DNA from: Chrysemys picta bellii
Taxonomy: Eukaryota
Assembly (NCBI RefSeq): GCF_011386835.1
Contig: NC_088792.1
Coordinates: forward strand, 53,630,001 to 53,694,000
Direction of reading: 5' to 3'
Length of the DNA: 64,000 nt
In this document: piece after piece, positions 60,471 to 64,000 of the stretch
How the letters are laid out: every line of letters starts with the position of its first letter
Position numbering within the stretch: position 1 is the stretch's first letter
The notes under the pieces: model-generated
Seen by the model: the letters and a program-made list of their open reading frames with translations, nothing else
What the model was told of the DNA's origin: nothing
Databases searched by the model: none
Position numbers and translations under genes: made by a program

Positions 60471-63400
60471 TCCCAATACTTCTGTTAGTCTTAAAGGTGC
60501 CACAGGACCCTCTGTTGCTTTTTACAGATTCAGACTAACACGGCTACCCCTCTGATACTTGACAGAGTATTATGAGTTCATGGCATTTAGCTCTGATGCA
60601 AAAAGTATGTTTTTGAGCCTCTAGGTAAAATGTAGAATGATGATATTGTAGCATGCAAGCATGCATATAGCCTTTGTATCTGATTTGCTATCTTACTGCA
60701 GTGCTAAAACTACCAAAACTGTACAAAGCCTCAAGATACTGAGCTAAGAAAAGATGAAAATACATGCCCATTAATCTGTTTCTGAACTATTAGGCATTCA
60801 TTGCTCACGGCATATCTGGATAGAGTATAGCCTTTTTCCATCAGTAATTCACTGCTGTAGTATAGTGCTCTATTTTATGGGGAAAGATGTGTTTTGTACT
60901 TAAGTCAACTGCTATTACTCATAAGTACTCTACAGGTAGTTTTAAAGGACTATGGATGTTGGCAAGAGTCTTGCCAGCCATTAAAATAATTCCATTTGTC
61001 TTCTAAAGGCTAGAGGAGACTTCTACATTATTTCAAATATGAGCAAAGGGAATGTCCCTTATTTTTATGACCACAAATGGCAGCTGACATTTTCTTTTGT
61101 TTTTCCACTACTCTCCACCCCTTGATCTTTAAATAAAACATTGTTTTCCAAGTCCCATTGCCTCTTGGAGCTTCAGTAGATTCTAAAGCTTGCATTAAAA
61201 GAGCTTTCAAAAAAATCAAACCTGTCAACTTAATCAGCAGAGCCTAATATCCAATCTTATTTTATTGTATAGGCTTTTTGCCTTTAAACAAAGTGAAATG
61301 TGACTTGTTTATATTCACGTTGAATTAAAAGGAATGCTATGGCAAAATGTGTAGCAATACTTTTCTGATACTTTCTCCATCCTCTAACCTCAGTAATACC
61401 AGAAAGACACTAAATAACTGTATTATTTTGATAAATATCTGTCATATGCAGGTCAGAAAATAATTCGAAGGCCACCAGAATAAACAATGGGAAGGGGCAA
61501 AAATAATTCATGCACACAAGGACATGCAAGAAAATGTTAAGCAGCATACGCAGTATAGTGCCTTGACTCTTGCCCTTGTAAATAGACGAGATGCTTTCAT
61601 TTTTTTTCTTACTTCAAAGATAGTACAATATTTTCCTTCTGTTCCCTGCAGCTGTCAACTTAAACACCTGTAAGAGAAGAATTATAGTAGACTGTTGTTG
61701 ATATTTCAACTATAAATATTTTGTTGTCTCTTAGATGAAGTTAATTGGAAACAAAATAGAGTTTTCCACATAGCATGGCTTGGACTACCTATTTACCCTT
61801 GTACACTTCAGTTTTGTTGTTCTTTTATATAAAGTGTTATCCTACTCTGAAGAGTGACTGAGAGGTTACCTGGTGATTGTGATTGAGCCTCTCCATATTA
61901 AATTTGTTCAGTTAACAAATAGAGATGATTCCTTCTTAAACTGCCAACCCAGTAAACTCAACCTGGGATCTGAAAGTCAAGTGAGGTTCTTTCCTTCTTA
62001 GTTTTCATCACTAGTATAAAACTTCTGCAAGCCAGATTGTGTCCTTAGTTATATCTGTGTAAATACATTATTTTCTGATTACATCCTTAGCCACACTTAT
62101 ACAAATTCACTCCTGTGCAGAGGACCTGTACAAAACCTGTGAACCACTTGTATTGAATTTCAGAGTGTCTGTTGTATGTGGCACAGCAAGAACAGTGATT
62201 TGTAGCAGCATAGAATTTAGAGGTGGAAAAGGTATATTAGATTATCCAGGTCATCTCCTGGATAATGCAGGCTTGTTCTCTGCAGTACTTTTTCTAGGAT
62301 TTTATCTAGTTTAGTTTTAAAAGATTTAAGTGATGGCACTTCTGCCACTTCCCTTTGGAGTCTTTTCCTCAGCTTATATACTCCTGGCCAAATCATGCCC
62401 CATGGAACACTGCTGTTATCTTTTTTCTTTCTCTTCTTTGATGGCTAATGTATTTTAAAATTGTAACAAATTACCACACTGTGATTGCTGTGCACTTAAA
62501 CTATTTTCCTGAGTTTATACAAAAGTCAGATACATTCTAACGAGGTCTAACCTGAAGCTTAGTTATCAGTTATCTGTGGTCTGGCTATTCAGGTGAGGGT
62601 GCAGGCAGCTACCAACAGGCCTGTGTTCCAAACTAATGCCGAGGTTATTTATCCAGATTACCTGGTATTCAAAAGGTGAAAATAAGTCTTGTGTCCTATT
62701 TCTTTATGATAGGTGTTTGTGGTAGTCTAATGACTTGGTTTCCTATTAATACTTTTCCATTTTCATAACAGAGGAAATTAGCAATATATTATATTTGATA
62801 TCTGTTTACTTGGGTTCTTGATTATTTTAAGAAGAAATGTTATCAATAAAAAGGAGAAAGTGTTGCCTTTTGCATGATGAAGTGATTGCTTCTGTCAGAA
62901 TAAACAGGAATGCACAGCGGCTTGGCACATACCTCTGAAAATTACTTAAGGCTTAAGCATTTGATTTTACTGTTTGGCTTATTTTAAATATTGTTCTTCA
63001 GTTTCTTATTTTTTGTCTCATCTCGTCAAATGGTAGTGTTTTATGTAAACTCTTAAATAACAAAAACATTAAGGTCACAAGGTGGTTGGAGAAATGTTGC
63101 CATATAATGTTGCTTTTTAAGTTAATTTATTATGTAGGTTTAAGCTATAAATGGCCTTACAGAATTATAAAACTAGGCCTCTTGAAAGAACATTATAACT
63201 TTAAAAAATGAATTATTCCTGTTTAAAATTTTCACAAATCCAAGACATTTGTCTTTATTTAACCTTTTCACAGTCTATGCCCTTCTTTAAAATACACTCA
63301 GTCCTATTTCGTCTGTTACTTGGAAGGTATTTAATACATGACTTGGCATCATTTGCATTATACAAGAAGATTAACTTTACAAGCTCGGCTATTAATCTGA

Positions 63401-64000
63401 GTAGCTCTACATATTGACCTATGAAAGAACATAATTAAGTTAGCTTAATTAAGTTAATTAATTGTCACACTCTGATGAACTTATATTGAGAGGAAATTAA
63501 AGGCAAATAGAAATCAGCATTCACTGGTTTGAAATCATATTTTAAAACATTTTACAAAGATACATTATATTTAGATGACGAAAGTATCTATTGTGTAATA
63601 ACCGAAGTACAGGCAATTAAAAAATGTTAAAAGCTAAGAATCCCTGGAGTATTTAGACTCACTTCCCAAAGCAGACAAAAATAGATCTTGAAAAATTAGT
63701 GCTAGAAGTTCAGAAAATAAGTTATTTTTCTATACTCAATTCTATTTAGAAATTAATTCCATCATCTATATATTGACTACACTGAGAAGGATACCATATA
63801 AACTAGACAACAAGTGTCCAGCCTGATTCCAGATTTATTTTGGTTGGGGAGAGGGAGAGAGAAAGAGGGTAAGCAGAACTCAAACTCAAAAGTACAACGG
63901 TACATGTCAGAACAGGAACATTTTTCTAATGCTTTAGAGGGAGGAAGAAGCAGGCTCCTAGTGTGTACCCCCTTAACTGCATGTCTGTAAAGAGGAATAG

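Larger units (their letters stand above)
60334..60562 (+). mobile_element. Fold-back Penelope-like mini-insertion with perfect 92-bp arms
   Basis: Arms 60333-60424 / 60429-60520, loop ttct. TSD cagaatattatga (60321-60333) / cagagtattatga (60563-60575). PLE terminus ...ccctctgatacttga at the right. Confidence 0.9.
3910..64000 (+). other. PHF14: Probable long PHF14 intron (next exon not found in window)
   Basis: Donor GT at 3910. I found no acceptor followed by an EDENE-like terminal-exon sequence downstream. Transposon-dense, AT-rich sequence. A diverged exon could have been missed by eye. Confidence 0.55.

Noticed and set aside
61715-61770. Acceptor-like ttttgttgtctcttag followed by ATGAAG as a candidate PHF14 terminal exon
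   Set aside because: The translation does not resemble the PHF14 C-terminus and reaches a stop quickly.

Overview
Vertebrate genomic DNA. The repeat families (CR1, Penelope-like, DIRS1, Harbinger, hAT/Tigger MITEs) point to a turtle; this is my inference, not a database result. The only host coding sequence I can support is one 118-bp internal exon of PHF14 (3792-3909, +), which encodes the second half of its C-terminal PHD finger. The rest looks like intron: about 3.8 kb upstream and at least 60 kb downstream, and I could not find the terminal exon. The intron holds many transposons: a DIRS1-type tyrosine-recombinase retrotransposon with all its terminal structures, a two-gene Harbinger transposon, four long CR1 fragments, a Vingi/Ingi-like LINE fragment, a solo LTR, nested MITEs, and seven Penelope-like element (PLE) remnants. 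The most notable pattern is a minimal hammerhead-ribozyme (HHR) motif repeated in the PLE remnants, whose stem I differs in sequence between two families but still pairs. Four of the remnants are 200-420 bp fold-back insertions whose turning point lies at or beside the motif. Three of these have 12-13 bp target-site duplications (TSDs), and one contains a 195-nt head-to-tail unit resembling a retrozyme. HHRs in PLEs are known; whether these short fold-back forms are a mobile family of their own is untested. I found no CRISPR arrays, rRNA or tRNA genes, or prokaryotic features.
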